Counted from the stretch's first letter, positions 19,964 through 30,501 are shown. The stretch is 64,000 nt of DNA from Acidimicrobiales bacterium (GCA_038231795.1 JBBRKR010000002.1:90702-154701); one strand, 5' to 3'. Notes: generated by a model not told the origin, from the sequence alone. Numbers and translations: made by a program.

Positions 19964-20718
19964 AGGTTGCTGCGATACAACACGACATTGTGTGGGAAGA
20001 CGCTGCTGCCACGTGTGCTGTGCTCGAGCCTATGGTGGCCGGCGCAGCGGCGTGCGGCGCTCGGTTGGTGGTGCTCACCGAAATGTTTGCTACCGGCTTT
20101 TCGATGAGTCCCGACAAGATCGTCGAGCCGATCAACGGGCCGACCGCCAGGTGGTTGGTTGGTCAAGCAAAGCAGCACGACGTTTGGATTTGTGGCTCGA
20201 TACCCACAGCCATCGGCATGAACTCCAAACCTGTGAATCGTTTGTTACTGGCCTCGCCCGATGGCTCTACTCGTTTTTACGACAAGATCCATCCGTTCAC
20301 GTACGCCAAAGAGGACCAATTTTATGCCGCCGGCACCGGGCATGTGACGGTTGAAATCGACGGTCTGTTGGTGTCATTGTTTGTGTGTTACGACCTACGA
20401 TTTGCCGACGAATTCTGGGGCCTTGCCGACGGCACCGATTGCTATGTGGTGGTGGCCAATTGGCCGGAATCGCGACGAACGCATTGGAAGGCGTTGTTGC
20501 AGGCTCGGGCTATCGAAAATCAGGCCTACGTGATCGGTGTGAATCGAGTGGGCGAGGGCGGCGGGCTGGTGTACGCCGGCGACTCGCTAATTATCGATCC
20601 GCTCGGCGAAATCCTGGCGTCTGGAGCCCGTACGGAGGCCATTCTTATTGCCGAAATAGATGAGGCGCTTGTTGCCCAAGTGCGAGCCAAATTTCCGTTC
20701 CTCCAAGACCGCAGATAA
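19960..20718 (+). CDS. carbon-nitrogen hydrolase family protein (omega-amidase-like)
   Basis: I moved the start to the ATG at 19960, which gives an ATGA overlap with the aminotransferase stop. The Glu-Lys-Cys triad context is LTEMF, KIHPF and VCYDLRF. Confidence 0.8.
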   Translation: MKVAAIQHDIVWEDAAATCAVLEPMVAGAAACGARLVVLTEMFATGFSMSPDKIVEPINGPTARWLVGQAKQHDVWICGSIPTAIGMNSKPVNRLLLASPDGSTRFYDKIHPFTYAKEDQFYAAGTGHVTVEIDGLLVSLFVCYDLRFADEFWGLADGTDCYVVVANWPESRRTHWKALLQARAIENQAYVIGVNRVGEGGGLVYAGDSLIIDPLGEILASGARTEAILIAEIDEALVAQVRAKFPFLQDRR

Positions 20719-20726
20719 CGACGAAT

Positions 20727-21515
20727 TCAAGGCTTGATGTCGCGGATGATCAACGCGGTGATGCGTTGGGGGATCGATGTGATGAATGGAAACACGCCTG
20801 CCCGCTTTGGTAGCCACACGGCGTTTTTGTCGCGCTCGATGGCGTTGGCGGTGTGTTGAGCCACTCGTTCGCGGGGAACGATTGGCATCACTTGTAGACG
20901 ACGGAACCGGGCAAAGCTGCGATCCGTCGGCGAGTAGTCGTTGACATTGGCCAGCATGTCCGTGGGCACGGGACCTATCTCCACAGCCGTCAATTTCACT
21001 GGCGTGTCTTTGAGATCTTGGCGAACCACTCGGGTGAATTGAGACAATCCGGCTTTTGTAGAGCAGTACACGCTGAGCCCTGGAAATCCGGCGGAAGAGG
21101 CCATGCTCGACACGTTGACGATGTGCCCGGAACCTCGCTCGATCAGGCCGGGAATGAGTTGACGGCACAACTCGATCGGGCTGATCAAATTGATTTGATG
21201 GATGTCGGCGACCTCGGCCGAAGTCATGTCGGTGAAGCGCTTTGTGACATCGATTCCTGCGTTGTTGACGAGTATGTCGACTGGACGGCCCGCCGCTTTT
21301 TCGCACCGAGCCATGAGCCCATCTACTTGTGTCGGGTCGGCTAGATCGGCAGCCACATGATGGCCGCCGAGCTCCTTCGCCAGATGGGTGATCGCGATCT
21401 CGTTCCGTGCAACGAGTGTCACCAACGCTCCGCGTTTGGCGAGCTCTCGCGCTATCGATTCGCCGATGCCCCGTGATGCCCCGGTAATGACTGCATGACT
21501 GCCAGGTACTTGCAT
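20727..21515 (-). CDS. SDR family oxidoreductase
   Basis: 262 aa with the cofactor motif TGASRGIG and the catalytic YCSTK (YxxxK). Confidence 0.85.
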   Translation of the reverse strand: MQVPGSHAVITGASRGIGESIARELAKRGALVTLVARNEIAITHLAKELGGHHVAADLADPTQVDGLMARCEKAAGRPVDILVNNAGIDVTKRFTDMTSAEVADIHQINLISPIELCRQLIPGLIERGSGHIVNVSSMASSAGFPGLSVYCSTKAGLSQFTRVVRQDLKDTPVKLTAVEIGPVPTDMLANVNDYSPTDRSFARFRRLQVMPIVPRERVAQHTANAIERDKNAVWLPKRAGVFPFITSIPQRITALIIRDIKP

Positions 21516-21558
21516 TTGGTCCCCTTCCGGCCGCCACGACGACGATCGATTCGCTAGG

Positions 21559-22500
21559 TTAATTATCCAGGAGATGCCGGCGAAGTGCGTCGACGTAACT
21601 TTGGCGGAACTTCAGCACCACTGGAGCTTTGCGACTGACCACATCGAATGCGTGATAGGCGCCCGGCACGATCATTGAGTCGCACAATACGCCAACTTCG
21701 TTGAGACGCCTGGCGTACTCAATGCCTTCGTCGTGGAATAAGTCATATGTGCCGACGCCGAGCCATGCTGGGGCAAGCCCCGTCAGGTCTTGTCGACGGG
21801 CGGGAGCAAAGTACGGATCGACTTCTTCGCCGCTTGCAGATCCGCGGTACGACGCCCATGCGAAGGCGTTGCTTTTTGTGTTCCAAACCTTCAGTTTGGA
21901 TACGTCGATGTCGTCTCGTTGCACAGTGCGATCGTCCAACATTGGGTACACGAGTAGTTGAAAAGCCACTGGATTTTCTTGGCGATCATGCGCCATGAGC
22001 GCTACAGCCGCAGCGAGTCCGCCTCCCGCGCTTGCACCACCAACGGCGATTTTGTCGGGGCGAATGCCAAGCGATTCTGCGTTGGCATGAAGCCAACTCA
22101 GAGCGGCGTAGCAGTCGTCAGTCGGAGCGGGGAAGGGATGCTCTGGCGCCAGCCGGTAGGCGGTCGCCGCTACCGCGATGCCGAGCTCCCGAACGGTCGC
22201 CACGCAATTGACGACATCTTGTTCAGGATTGCCAATGACCATGCCGCCGCCATGAATCCACAACAGCGCTGGGATTGATCCCGATGACCCTGCGGGTGTA
22301 TAGAGCCTGATGCGCTGCCCAGGCGATCCGTCATGAGCAGGTACGAAATAATCCTTTACGGTGACGCCGTCGAACGTACGAATCTTCGGAGTTTTGCCCG
22401 GTTTCCTGAGCCGTCGCATGAAGCGAACTGATCGTGCTGATGTGGTGAAGTTCGGCAAAAAACGGGCGGTCTTGTGCAGGTCAGGATGAAAGGTCGTCAC
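21559..22500 (-). CDS. alpha/beta hydrolase fold-3 esterase/lipase (HSL family)
   Basis: 313 aa with an HGGG oxyanion motif (WIHGGGMVIG) and the nucleophile motif GGASAGG. Confidence 0.8.
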   Translation of the reverse strand: MTTFHPDLHKTARFLPNFTTSARSVRFMRRLRKPGKTPKIRTFDGVTVKDYFVPAHDGSPGQRIRLYTPAGSSGSIPALLWIHGGGMVIGNPEQDVVNCVATVRELGIAVAATAYRLAPEHPFPAPTDDCYAALSWLHANAESLGIRPDKIAVGGASAGGGLAAAVALMAHDRQENPVAFQLLVYPMLDDRTVQRDDIDVSKLKVWNTKSNAFAWASYRGSASGEEVDPYFAPARRQDLTGLAPAWLGVGTYDLFHDEGIEYARRLNEVGVLCDSMIVPGAYHAFDVVSRKAPVVLKFRQSYVDALRRHLLDN

Positions 22501-22545
22501 AGGCGGAGCCTACATACACCAGTGCACGCCATGGCGTGTCGTGGG

Positions 22546-23586
22546 CTATGTGGTTGAGACTGAGTCGATGAGTGTCCATGCCGCGTCGGCGAGGGCCGTC
22601 GCAGCAGGACCTTGCTCCAGGACTGCGGCAGCTTTCGCAGCAGACTCTGCATAGCCGCGGGCCACTTCGATGGCCTCCGCCACACCAGGTCCGCTGCGCA
22701 CGATATCGAGGGCGCGTTGATGCTCTGCACCATGAATCGGCCCGCCGAGGAGCGAACGCAACTCGTCACCTGCCGCGAGGCCGTTCGCGAGTGTGAACAT
22801 CACGGGAAGCGTGTACACGCCTTCCACCAAGTCGTGCCCGGCCGGTTTGCCGAGTTCCTCGTCGGTGGCCGTGAGGTCCAGGATGTCGTCCACAATTTGG
22901 AACGCCATGCCATACGCATCGCCCACGGCTGTGGCGGCGTCGATTCGATCTCGCGACAGCCCGGCCACGATGGCACCAATGCGGGCCGAGGCACTGAACA
23001 GCGAAGCCGTTTTCCCGTTGATCGACGCCACATACGACTCGACCGTTCGAACGGGGTTGTACGTATTGCGCAACTCCAAAATCTGGCCTTCACATAAGCG
23101 ACCAATGGTCTGCGCCAACAACTTGGCGACTTCTACGCCAAGGTCGGCGGCAATCTCTGATGCCTTGGAGAGCAAAAAGTCGCCAGACAGAATGGCCGTA
23201 AGGTTGCCCCATTTTGCGTTGACGCTCGTGACGCCTCGACGCATTTCGGCTTCATCCATCACGTCATCGTGGTACAGCGATCCAACCTGCACGAGTTCGA
23301 CGGAAACACCGCCCAAGATGACATCGTCGGACACGGTGTTGTGGGCGGTACGTGCCACTGCTGCGGCCATCACTGGACGCAGTCTTTTGCCGCCCGCAAC
23401 GATCAAATGGGAAGCCAATTCGGTGAGAAAGTCGTCGCTCGTGGTGACCGCAGCGCGCAGGGCGGCTTCGATGCGCTCTCGGTCGGCGTCCATCCCTGCA
23501 AGTTGTAAGAGCGGACTTGATGACGCCACGTCGTCACGATAGGCGACGGGCTTGTGGGCAATCGAAGCCACTCGTGTCACCAACAT
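22546..23586 (-). CDS. polyprenyl diphosphate synthase (trans-isoprenyl diphosphate synthase family)
   Basis: 346 aa with the first and second Asp-rich motifs, DDVMDEAEMRRG and DDILD. The N-terminal start is uncertain. Confidence 0.85.
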   Translation of the reverse strand: MLVTRVASIAHKPVAYRDDVASSSPLLQLAGMDADRERIEAALRAAVTTSDDFLTELASHLIVAGGKRLRPVMAAAVARTAHNTVSDDVILGGVSVELVQVGSLYHDDVMDEAEMRRGVTSVNAKWGNLTAILSGDFLLSKASEIAADLGVEVAKLLAQTIGRLCEGQILELRNTYNPVRTVESYVASINGKTASLFSASARIGAIVAGLSRDRIDAATAVGDAYGMAFQIVDDILDLTATDEELGKPAGHDLVEGVYTLPVMFTLANGLAAGDELRSLLGGPIHGAEHQRALDIVRSGPGVAEAIEVARGYAESAAKAAAVLEQGPAATALADAAWTLIDSVSTT

Positions 23587-23721
23587 GCCGAGGCAGCTTC
23601 ACAATTTACCGAAACTTGCCGATTATCTGCATCGTGAGGTTCGCCATTTGGCCGATACACTCAGTCATCCGTCTATCTCGTTGGTAGCGGGTTAGTCATG
23701 AACGATGTAGGGAAGGCCACA

Positions 23722-26229
23722 GTGTTCGAACGATTTACAGACCGGGCTCGCCGGGTAGTGGTGCTGGCACAAGAAGAAGCACGACTGCTCAATCACAATT
23801 ACATCGGCACCGAGCACATCCTGCTGGGCCTGATTCACGAGGGCGAAGGCGTTGCCGCCAAGGCTCTAGAGAGCTTGAGTATCTCGCTCGAGGGTGTACG
23901 CACCAAGGTCGAAGAGATCATTGGCCAAGGCGGCTCTTCGCCGTCTGGGCACATCCCCTTTACGCCTCGGGCCAAAAAGGTGCTCGAGTTGTCGTTGCGT
24001 GAAGCGCTGCAACTTGGCCACAATTACATCGGCACCGAGCACATTCTGCTGGGCCTGATTCGTGAGGGCGAAGGTGTTGCCGCCCAAGTGCTCGTGCAAC
24101 TGGGCGCCGATTTGAGTCGAGTTCGTCAGCAAGTTATTCAACTCCTGAGTGGTTACTCAGGCCCTGCTGGCGCCTCGACGGCCGGCAAAGAAACAGCTGG
24201 CGCAGCCAGCGGCTCCCAAACCGGTGAGACGCCAAGTGGCTCGGCAGTGCTTGATCAGTTCGGCCGCAACCTCACCCAAGCAGCTCGCGAGAAGAAGCTT
24301 GATCCTGTGATTGGTCGAGTTAAGGAAATGGAGCGCCTCATGCAGGTGCTCAGCCGACGTACTAAGAATAACCCAGTGCTGATTGGCGAGCCAGGCGTTG
24401 GCAAGACCGCCGTTGTAGAAGGTTTGGCCCAGAAGATTGTGGCCAACGATGTGCCTGAAACGATTCGCGGCAAGCAGCTCTACACGCTCGATTTGGGCGC
24501 ATTGGTGGCTGGCAGTCGGTACCGGGGCGATTTCGAAGAGCGACTGAAGAAGGTGTTGAAGGAAATCAAGACTCGTGGCGACATCATTCTGTTCATCGAC
24601 GAGATCCATACGTTGGTAGGCGCCGGAGCAGCTGAAGGTGCCATCGATGCTGCCAGCATCCTCAAGCCAATGTTGGCTCGTGGCGAATTGCAAACGATTG
24701 GCGCCACCACGCTCGAAGAGTTCCGCAAATATTTCGAAAAAGATGCCGCTCTCGAGCGTCGCTTCCAACCCATCAAAGTGGAAGAGCCAACCGTTGCTCA
24801 CACCATTGAAATTCTGAAGGGTCTTCGTGACCGTTACGAATCTCATCATCGGGTCACCATCACCGATCAGGCGTTGATTGCGGCTGCCAACTTGGCCGAT
24901 CGCTACATCGCCGATCGTCAACTTCCCGACAAGGCCATCGACCTCATCGACGAGGCTGGCAGCCGTTTGCGTATCAAGCGCATGGAGACTCCTCCCGACC
25001 TCAAGGAGATCGACAACAAGCTCACCCAAGTCCAGCAGCTAAAGAAAGACGCTGTTGAAAATCAACGCTTCGAAGAGGCCGGAAAGCTACGCGATACCGA
25101 AAAGGCGTTGCTCGAAGAGAAGGCCGCCAAAGAGGCTGAAATCAAGGCTTCTGGCGTCGACCTGTTCGACGAAGTGGATGAAGAAGCGATTGCCGAAGTG
25201 CTCTCCATGTGGACCGGTATACCGGTATACAAGCTCACCGAAGAAGAGACCGCCAAGCTGTTGCGCATGGAAGATGAATTGCATCATCGGGTGATTGGGC
25301 AGGAGTCGGCGATCAAGGCCGTCAGCCAGGCCATCCGTCGTACCCGCGCTGGATTGAAGGATCCCAAGCGGCCATCGGGTTCGTTCATATTCCTCGGACC
25401 ATCTGGCGTCGGTAAAACCGAGCTCGCCAAGACACTTGCGGAGTTTCTCTTCGGAGATGAGCAGTCCTTGATCTCGCTCGACATGAGTGAGTACATGGAG
25501 AAGCACACCGTGAGTCGTTTGGTCGGTTCGCCCCCTGGATATGTGGGCTACGACGAAGGCGGCCAGCTCACAGAAGCTGTGCGTCGCAAGCCGTTCAGCG
25601 TGGTGCTCTTCGACGAAATCGAAAAGGCCCACCCTGATGTATTCAACATACTGTTGCAAATTCTTGAAGAGGGCCGCTTGACCGATAGCCAAGGCCGCTC
25701 CGTCGACTTCCGCAACACGGTGTTGATCATGACCTCGAACCTTGGTACCCAAGACCTTCGCAAGGGTCATGTCGGTTTCTCCAAGAACGATGAGGCCATC
25801 AGTTACGAGAAGATGAAGGCCAAAGTCAATGAAGCCCTAAAGCAACATTTTCGGCCCGAATTCTTGAACCGTATCGACGACACCATCGTGTTCCACGAAT
25901 TGTCCAAGCCTGAAGTCACCCAGATCGTCGACCTCTTGCTCAAGCGGTTGCGTACCCAGTTGCAAGCTCAAGGCCTCGGCATCGAGCTCACCGATGCCGC
26001 CAAGGCACTTTTGGTCGACCGCGGTTACGACGCCACCATGGGTGCTCGTCCGTTGCGTCGTGCAATGCAGCGCATGCTTGAGGATCCGTTGTCGGAACGC
26101 TTATTGTTCAAGGAGTTCACGGCTGGTCATGTGATCATCGCCGATGTCGAAAACGACGACATAGTGTTTCGTACGATTGAGGGTTTCGAGCCTCCAACCG
26201 TAGAAATGGCCGACAAAGTCGCTGAGTGA
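23722..26229 (+). CDS. clpC: ATP-dependent Clp protease ATP-binding subunit ClpC
   Basis: The track ORF starts at 23698. I prefer the GTG at 23722, which gives [21 protein letters not shown] and has GGGAAGG upstream. It has two Clp-N repeats and Walker A motifs GEPGVGKT and GPSGVGKT. Confidence 0.9.
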   Translation: MFERFTDRARRVVVLAQEEARLLNHNYIGTEHILLGLIHEGEGVAAKALESLSISLEGVRTKVEEIIGQGGSSPSGHIPFTPRAKKVLELSLREALQLGHNYIGTEHILLGLIREGEGVAAQVLVQLGADLSRVRQQVIQLLSGYSGPAGASTAGKETAGAASGSQTGETPSGSAVLDQFGRNLTQAAREKKLDPVIGRVKEMERLMQVLSRRTKNNPVLIGEPGVGKTAVVEGLAQKIVANDVPETIRGKQLYTLDLGALVAGSRYRGDFEERLKKVLKEIKTRGDIILFIDEIHTLVGAGAAEGAIDAASILKPMLARGELQTIGATTLEEFRKYFEKDAALERRFQPIKVEEPTVAHTIEILKGLRDRYESHHRVTITDQALIAAANLADRYIADRQLPDKAIDLIDEAGSRLRIKRMETPPDLKEIDNKLTQVQQLKKDAVENQRFEEAGKLRDTEKALLEEKAAKEAEIKASGVDLFDEVDEEAIAEVLSMWTGIPVYKLTEEETAKLLRMEDELHHRVIGQESAIKAVSQAIRRTRAGLKDPKRPSGSFIFLGPSGVGKTELAKTLAEFLFGDEQSLISLDMSEYMEKHTVSRLVGSPPGYVGYDEGGQLTEAVRRKPFSVVLFDEIEKAHPDVFNILLQILEEGRLTDSQGRSVDFRNTVLIMTSNLGTQDLRKGHVGFSKNDEAISYEKMKAKVNEALKQHFRPEFLNRIDDTIVFHELSKPEVTQIVDLLLKRLRTQLQAQGLGIELTDAAKALLVDRGYDATMGARPLRRAMQRMLEDPLSERLLFKEFTAGHVIIADVENDDIVFRTIEGFEPPTVEMADKVAE

Positions 26230-26248
26230 CCGGGCGCGCTATGCGCCC

Positions 26249-27010
26249 GTGTACCAGAATCACGCCGTGAGTTTTTCCAAACTGATTCGTCGCGCCATTG
26301 TGTGCATGTGCGCAATGCTGGTGCTGGCTTCGTGTCGCGTCGACGCCCAGGTCAATTTGATTGTCAACAACGATGGCTCCGGCATATTGACCGTGAAAGT
26401 TGGCGTCGACGACGACACCTTGGCGCAAGAGCCTGGTTTGGTTGGCGAGGTCCGCACGTCGGATCTCCAGCAAGCAGGATGGCAGGTCGTCGGCCCGGCT
26501 AAAGGCGAACGGGGCCTGACGTGGATTTCGATCTCGAAGCCGTTTGCAAATGCGGCGCAGGCGAATGAACTCTTGAAAGAAATCACCGGTGACGCCGGAT
26601 TTATACGTAACGCCAAACTGTCCCGAGATGCTCCATTTGGTCGCATCTCGTCCACGTTCACTGCAGTCGTGGAACCCTCCAATGGCATGAACTCATTTGT
26701 GGACAGCGAATTGCTGACAGCTATCGAGGGGGCCAGGCCACTCGACGCCCAGCTCAAGAAACTTGAAGCTCAAGGCAAGTCGCTTGACCAGGTGCTCCAT
26801 TTGAAAATTTCGGTCACGTTACCGGGCGCCGATGGACCTGCAGTGTGGACGCCAAAACTGGTGGGCTCGCCCACAAAGTTGTCCGCCGACTCCTCGGAGT
26901 ATCACTACTTCACGCTGGGTTTCGGACTAGCCGCGCTCGCCATGTTTGTGTTGTGTGCGTTCTTGCTGGTGTCGCATTTCCTCTTCGGGTGGGGCAACAG
27001 GCGGCGGTAG
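26249..27010 (+). CDS. hypothetical lipoprotein with C-terminal TM anchor (possibly LppM/DUF3153-like)
   Basis: 253-aa ORF. The internal GTG at 26267 would give a classic lipobox signal, SFSKLIRRAIVCMCAMLVLASC. It has a C-terminal TM helix. The family name is from memory only. Confidence 0.5.
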   Translation: MYQNHAVSFSKLIRRAIVCMCAMLVLASCRVDAQVNLIVNNDGSGILTVKVGVDDDTLAQEPGLVGEVRTSDLQQAGWQVVGPAKGERGLTWISISKPFANAAQANELLKEITGDAGFIRNAKLSRDAPFGRISSTFTAVVEPSNGMNSFVDSELLTAIEGARPLDAQLKKLEAQGKSLDQVLHLKISVTLPGADGPAVWTPKLVGSPTKLSADSSEYHYFTLGFGLAALAMFVLCAFLLVSHFLFGWGNRRR

Positions 27011-27066
27011 CCCACTCGGAAAATTGCTCTGGCGTCTGTGTGACACCCCCTCGTTAGAGTTCACCT

Positions 27067-28581
27067 ATGGCCAAGTTGAGATCAATCCATCGTTGCAGCG
27101 AATGTGGCGCCTCTACGCCGAAGTGGGTTGGTAAATGCCCGGCATGTAACGCGTGGAACACTCTTGTTGAAGATGTGGAGCTGGTGTCTGGGCGTTCTAG
27201 CGCACCGTTGCCAGCGGTTGAACGGCCAGTTGAAATCCCGAATGTGGATATCCATGAATGGGTAGCGACGCCCACCGGAATTGGCGAACTCGATCGGGTG
27301 CTGTCGGGAGGGCTTGTGCCGGGGTCGGTCACGCTGGTGGGTGGCGAGCCGGGCGTCGGCAAGTCCACGTTGCTACTTCAAGCCTCGGCAGCAATGGCAA
27401 AGGCCGGTCGCAAGGTGCTGTATATCTCGGCTGAAGAAAGCCGTCAGCAAGTTCGGTTGAGGGCCGATCGGCTTGGGGCCGTGGTTCATGGGCTGTGGTT
27501 GGGCAGTGACACGGTTGTGCCTTCGATAGTGGCGTCAATCGAAGAAATGCGCCCCGACGTTGTGATCATCGACTCCATCCAAACCGTCCACGATCCTGAG
27601 TTGGGTTCTGCTCCTGGGTCTGTTGTACAGGTGCGTGAGTCGGCCCACAGGTTGGTGCGAGAAGCGAAAATTCGCGGCATCGCCACGCTGCTCGTTGGGC
27701 ATGTCACCAAAGACGGCGGTTTGGCCGGGCCCCGCGTGTTGGAACACGTTGTGGATACGGTGCTGTCGTTTGAAGGCGAGCGCCATCATGCGTTGCGGAT
27801 GCTACGAGCCACGAAACATCGGTTTGGCAGCACAGCAGAGTTGGGCTTGTTTGAAATGCTTGAGCACGGCCTGGAGGGAGTGCCAGATCCCAGTGGGTTG
27901 TTCCTCGCCGATCGTCAAGTAGGTATTGCCGGCTCTGTCGTGGTACCCACTATGGAAGGCCATCGGCCGTTGCTCGTCGAGATTCAGGCGTTGGTGGCCG
28001 GTACTGGTTACTCATCCCCAAAGCGCAGCGCCCAAGGCGTTGATCCCGGGCGGTTAGGGCTCTTGCTGGCCGTCATCGAGCAGAGGGCCATGATTCCCGT
28101 GGGTGATTTCGATGTGTTTGCCTCTGCTGTGGGAGGCGTGAAAGTAGTCGAGCCGGGCAGCGATTTGGCGCTTGCTTTGGCCGTAGTGTCAAGTCTGTCG
28201 GGCATGGCTTTGCCCGGCGACCTGGTGGCGTGTGGCGAGATTGGTTTGGGCGGAGAACTGCGCCAGGCTGCGCAAACCGGCAGACGATTGGCGGAGGCTG
28301 CCCGATTGGGTTTTCGCACAGCCGTAGTGCCGGCCAGCGCCCCCGATGGGCCAGAGGGGATGACGTTGATTAGAGGCCACAGTTTGCGCGAAGTGATCGA
28401 AAAATTGGGCCTGAAGGTCCCCGAGAGCAACGGCCGCGATCGCCGTTCGGGCAAGCCAGGAGGCTCGGGCGGAAGTGGGCTGTCGGCCCGGCCGGTGCCC
28501 TCAGTGCAAGTCGGCGAGTCGATGGGCCGGAGTGTGTCGTCGTGGGATCCCGCCGATTTAAGCGACGACGACGAGTTCTAA
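27067..28581 (+). CDS. radA: DNA repair protein RadA/Sms with extended C-terminal tail
   Basis: 504 aa with the zinc finger CSECGASTPKWVGKCPACNAWNT, Walker A GGEPGVGKST and the KNRFG-type motif KHRFGS. A Lon-like C-terminal domain is followed by a roughly 55-aa Gly/Ser-rich acidic tail. Confidence 0.9.
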   Translation: MAKLRSIHRCSECGASTPKWVGKCPACNAWNTLVEDVELVSGRSSAPLPAVERPVEIPNVDIHEWVATPTGIGELDRVLSGGLVPGSVTLVGGEPGVGKSTLLLQASAAMAKAGRKVLYISAEESRQQVRLRADRLGAVVHGLWLGSDTVVPSIVASIEEMRPDVVIIDSIQTVHDPELGSAPGSVVQVRESAHRLVREAKIRGIATLLVGHVTKDGGLAGPRVLEHVVDTVLSFEGERHHALRMLRATKHRFGSTAELGLFEMLEHGLEGVPDPSGLFLADRQVGIAGSVVVPTMEGHRPLLVEIQALVAGTGYSSPKRSAQGVDPGRLGLLLAVIEQRAMIPVGDFDVFASAVGGVKVVEPGSDLALALAVVSSLSGMALPGDLVACGEIGLGGELRQAAQTGRRLAEAARLGFRTAVVPASAPDGPEGMTLIRGHSLREVIEKLGLKVPESNGRDRRSGKPGGSGGSGLSARPVPSVQVGESMGRSVSSWDPADLSDDDEF

Positions 28582-29237
28582 CGACTTCGGTTTTCCAGTT
28601 CGCTTCGTTTGATGAATCTGTACTCTCGCCCCGATTGCTCAATCCATCCCAGCTTGATAAACGCAGCGATTGCTTTGTTGACACGCTCGCGCGACGCGCC
28701 GACCATGCCGGAGAGTTCTTCCTGAGTTACAGGGAGGATAAAGGTGTCTGAGCCTGCCGACAGTTCGAGGAGCCGTTTAGCAGTTCGGCCAATGACGTCC
28801 AGGAACACTGCATCGGCGAGCACTTCGTCCATGTTGCGCAACCGGGTGGCCAATAGTTCGGCAACCTGCCAAAGAAGCGATGGCTCCTCGGAATAGACCT
28901 TGCGAAGTTGTTCGTACGGCAACCGAACGACGGAACTTGTTTCGATTGCTCGTGCCTCGGCCGATCGCCCACGCCCATCAAACATGCCGAGTTCACCAAA
29001 TGGATCGCCCGTCTCCATCAGCGCCACCAACGATTCGCGGCCGTCGTAGCTGCGGTTGCCAACAGCAATACGGCCCCGCATGACCACAAACATGTCTTGT
29101 GGTTGGTCGCCTTCTTGGAACAACACATCGCCCCGATGTAAGTCGTGGACCTGCGCACTAGAGGCAATGGCATCGAGTTGTTCGTCAGTCAATTTTGCGA
29201 AGAGTTCGACCCCGGCGAGGAGTTGTCGATTCACCAT
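28578..29237 (-). CDS. Crp/Fnr family transcriptional regulator (cyclic nucleotide-binding)
   Basis: 219 aa with a cNMP-binding domain (FGELGMFDGRGRSAEARA) and a C-terminal HTH (ELSGMVGASRERVNKAIAAF). Confidence 0.85.
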   Translation of the reverse strand: MVNRQLLAGVELFAKLTDEQLDAIASSAQVHDLHRGDVLFQEGDQPQDMFVVMRGRIAVGNRSYDGRESLVALMETGDPFGELGMFDGRGRSAEARAIETSSVVRLPYEQLRKVYSEEPSLLWQVAELLATRLRNMDEVLADAVFLDVIGRTAKRLLELSAGSDTFILPVTQEELSGMVGASRERVNKAIAAFIKLGWIEQSGREYRFIKRSELENRSR

Positions 29238-29296
29238 GGCTTCGCAGCGTACTCAGAAGTGGCGAATCCGTCTGTTCGTAGCTCTAACCTGGAGTC

Positions 29297-29995
29297 ATGT
29301 CGAAAGTTGAGTCACAGGTAGATCAAGTCGAATCGGTGTGGACCATCGTGGTCGCCGCTGGGTCCGGAAACCGGTTTGGTGGCGCAAAGCAATACCAACT
29401 TGCTCACGGGCAACGAGTTCTCGATTGGTCTATTTTTGCAGCTCAACAGGTAAGCAACGGCATTGTTTTGGTAGTGCACCCCGAGTTCGTGGACCAGCCA
29501 GAACCAGCAGCGTCGGCCGTAGTGGCCGGCGGCCAAACACGAACTGAGTCGGTGCGAAATGGCTTGGTTGCAGTGCCCGCCTCGGCGACGGTTGTTCTTG
29601 TGCACGACGCGGCACGACCGTGCGCCACCGCCGACCTTTTTCGTCGTGTCGTCGCCGAGGTGACGAGCGGGCAAGGGGTAACGGCGGTAGTTCCCGGAGT
29701 AACAGTTAACGACACAGTAAAGCGAGTGGAAATGGGTTCCGATGGCCGGGCCGTGGTGGCAGAGACATTGCCTCGTGATCGCTTACGAGCGATTCAAACT
29801 CCTCAAGGTTTTCGGGCGGAAACGCTTCGTGACATGTATGCCAGCGGCCACGACGCAACCGACGATTCAGCGTTGGCGGAGGCCAACGGCATCGTCGTTT
29901 CAGTGATCGAAGGCGAGGTTCGCAACGTGAAGGTAACCCATCGTGACGATCTCGAATTCGTGGAACGGATCCTCAGGGATCGAGCAATTTCGTGA
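29297..29995 (+). CDS. ispD: 2-C-methyl-D-erythritol 4-phosphate cytidylyltransferase
   Basis: 232 aa with the VVAAGSGNRFGG motif. Its stop overlaps the ispF start. Confidence 0.85.
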   Translation: MSKVESQVDQVESVWTIVVAAGSGNRFGGAKQYQLAHGQRVLDWSIFAAQQVSNGIVLVVHPEFVDQPEPAASAVVAGGQTRTESVRNGLVAVPASATVVLVHDAARPCATADLFRRVVAEVTSGQGVTAVVPGVTVNDTVKRVEMGSDGRAVVAETLPRDRLRAIQTPQGFRAETLRDMYASGHDATDDSALAEANGIVVSVIEGEVRNVKVTHRDDLEFVERILRDRAIS

Positions 29996-30501
29996 GAATC
30001 GGACAAGGTTTCGACATCCACCCGTTCAGCACCGATGTGACCCGCCCGTTGATTTTGGGCGGTGTCCATTTCGATGGTGAGCAAGGGCTTGTCGGGCATA
30101 GCGATAGTGATGTGGTGGCCCACGCCGTCACCGACGCCATCCTGGGCGCGGCCGGTCTTGGCGATATCGGCGAGCTGTACCCCGACACGGACGCCGAGTT
30201 CCACAATGCAGATTCCATGATGATTTTGGGCGACGCGGTGAGTCGAGTACGGGGCGCTGGTTACACGATTGTCAACGTGGATTGCACCGTGATTTGCGAA
30301 GCGCCGAAGCTGGCTCCCCGCAAACAGGCCATGCGTGACAACTTGTCAGATGTGTTGGGATCCCCCTGCAACATCAAGGGAAAACGGGCAGAAGGTTTGG
30401 GCGCGCTTGGGCGGCGCGAAGGCATCGCCTGCATGGCGGTGGCCTTGGTCAGTCACAATGGTGGGCCTGCTTCTACAGCAGATGATTTTGGAGGAAGTTG
30501 A
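29992..30501 (+). CDS. ispF: 2-C-methyl-D-erythritol 2,4-cyclodiphosphate synthase
   Basis: 169 aa with the motifs RIGQGFDIHPF and GHSDSDVVAHA. Confidence 0.9.
   Translation: MRIGQGFDIHPFSTDVTRPLILGGVHFDGEQGLVGHSDSDVVAHAVTDAILGAAGLGDIGELYPDTDAEFHNADSMMILGDAVSRVRGAGYTIVNVDCTVICEAPKLAPRKQAMRDNLSDVLGSPCNIKGKRAEGLGALGRREGIACMAVALVSHNGGPASTADDFGGS

Noticed and set aside
20587-21537. 316-aa minus-strand ORF overlapping the SDR gene in another frame
   Set aside because: It is extremely Arg/Ser/His-rich with no domain pattern. The SDR frame (TGASRGIG, YxxxK) explains the region.
23639-23655. Possible ClgR-type operator (GTTCGC-N5-GGC) upstream of clpC
   Set aside because: Only the left half-site resembles the actinobacterial ClgR consensus as I remember it (GTTCGC-N5-GCG). 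The right half does not match, so this is too weak to call.
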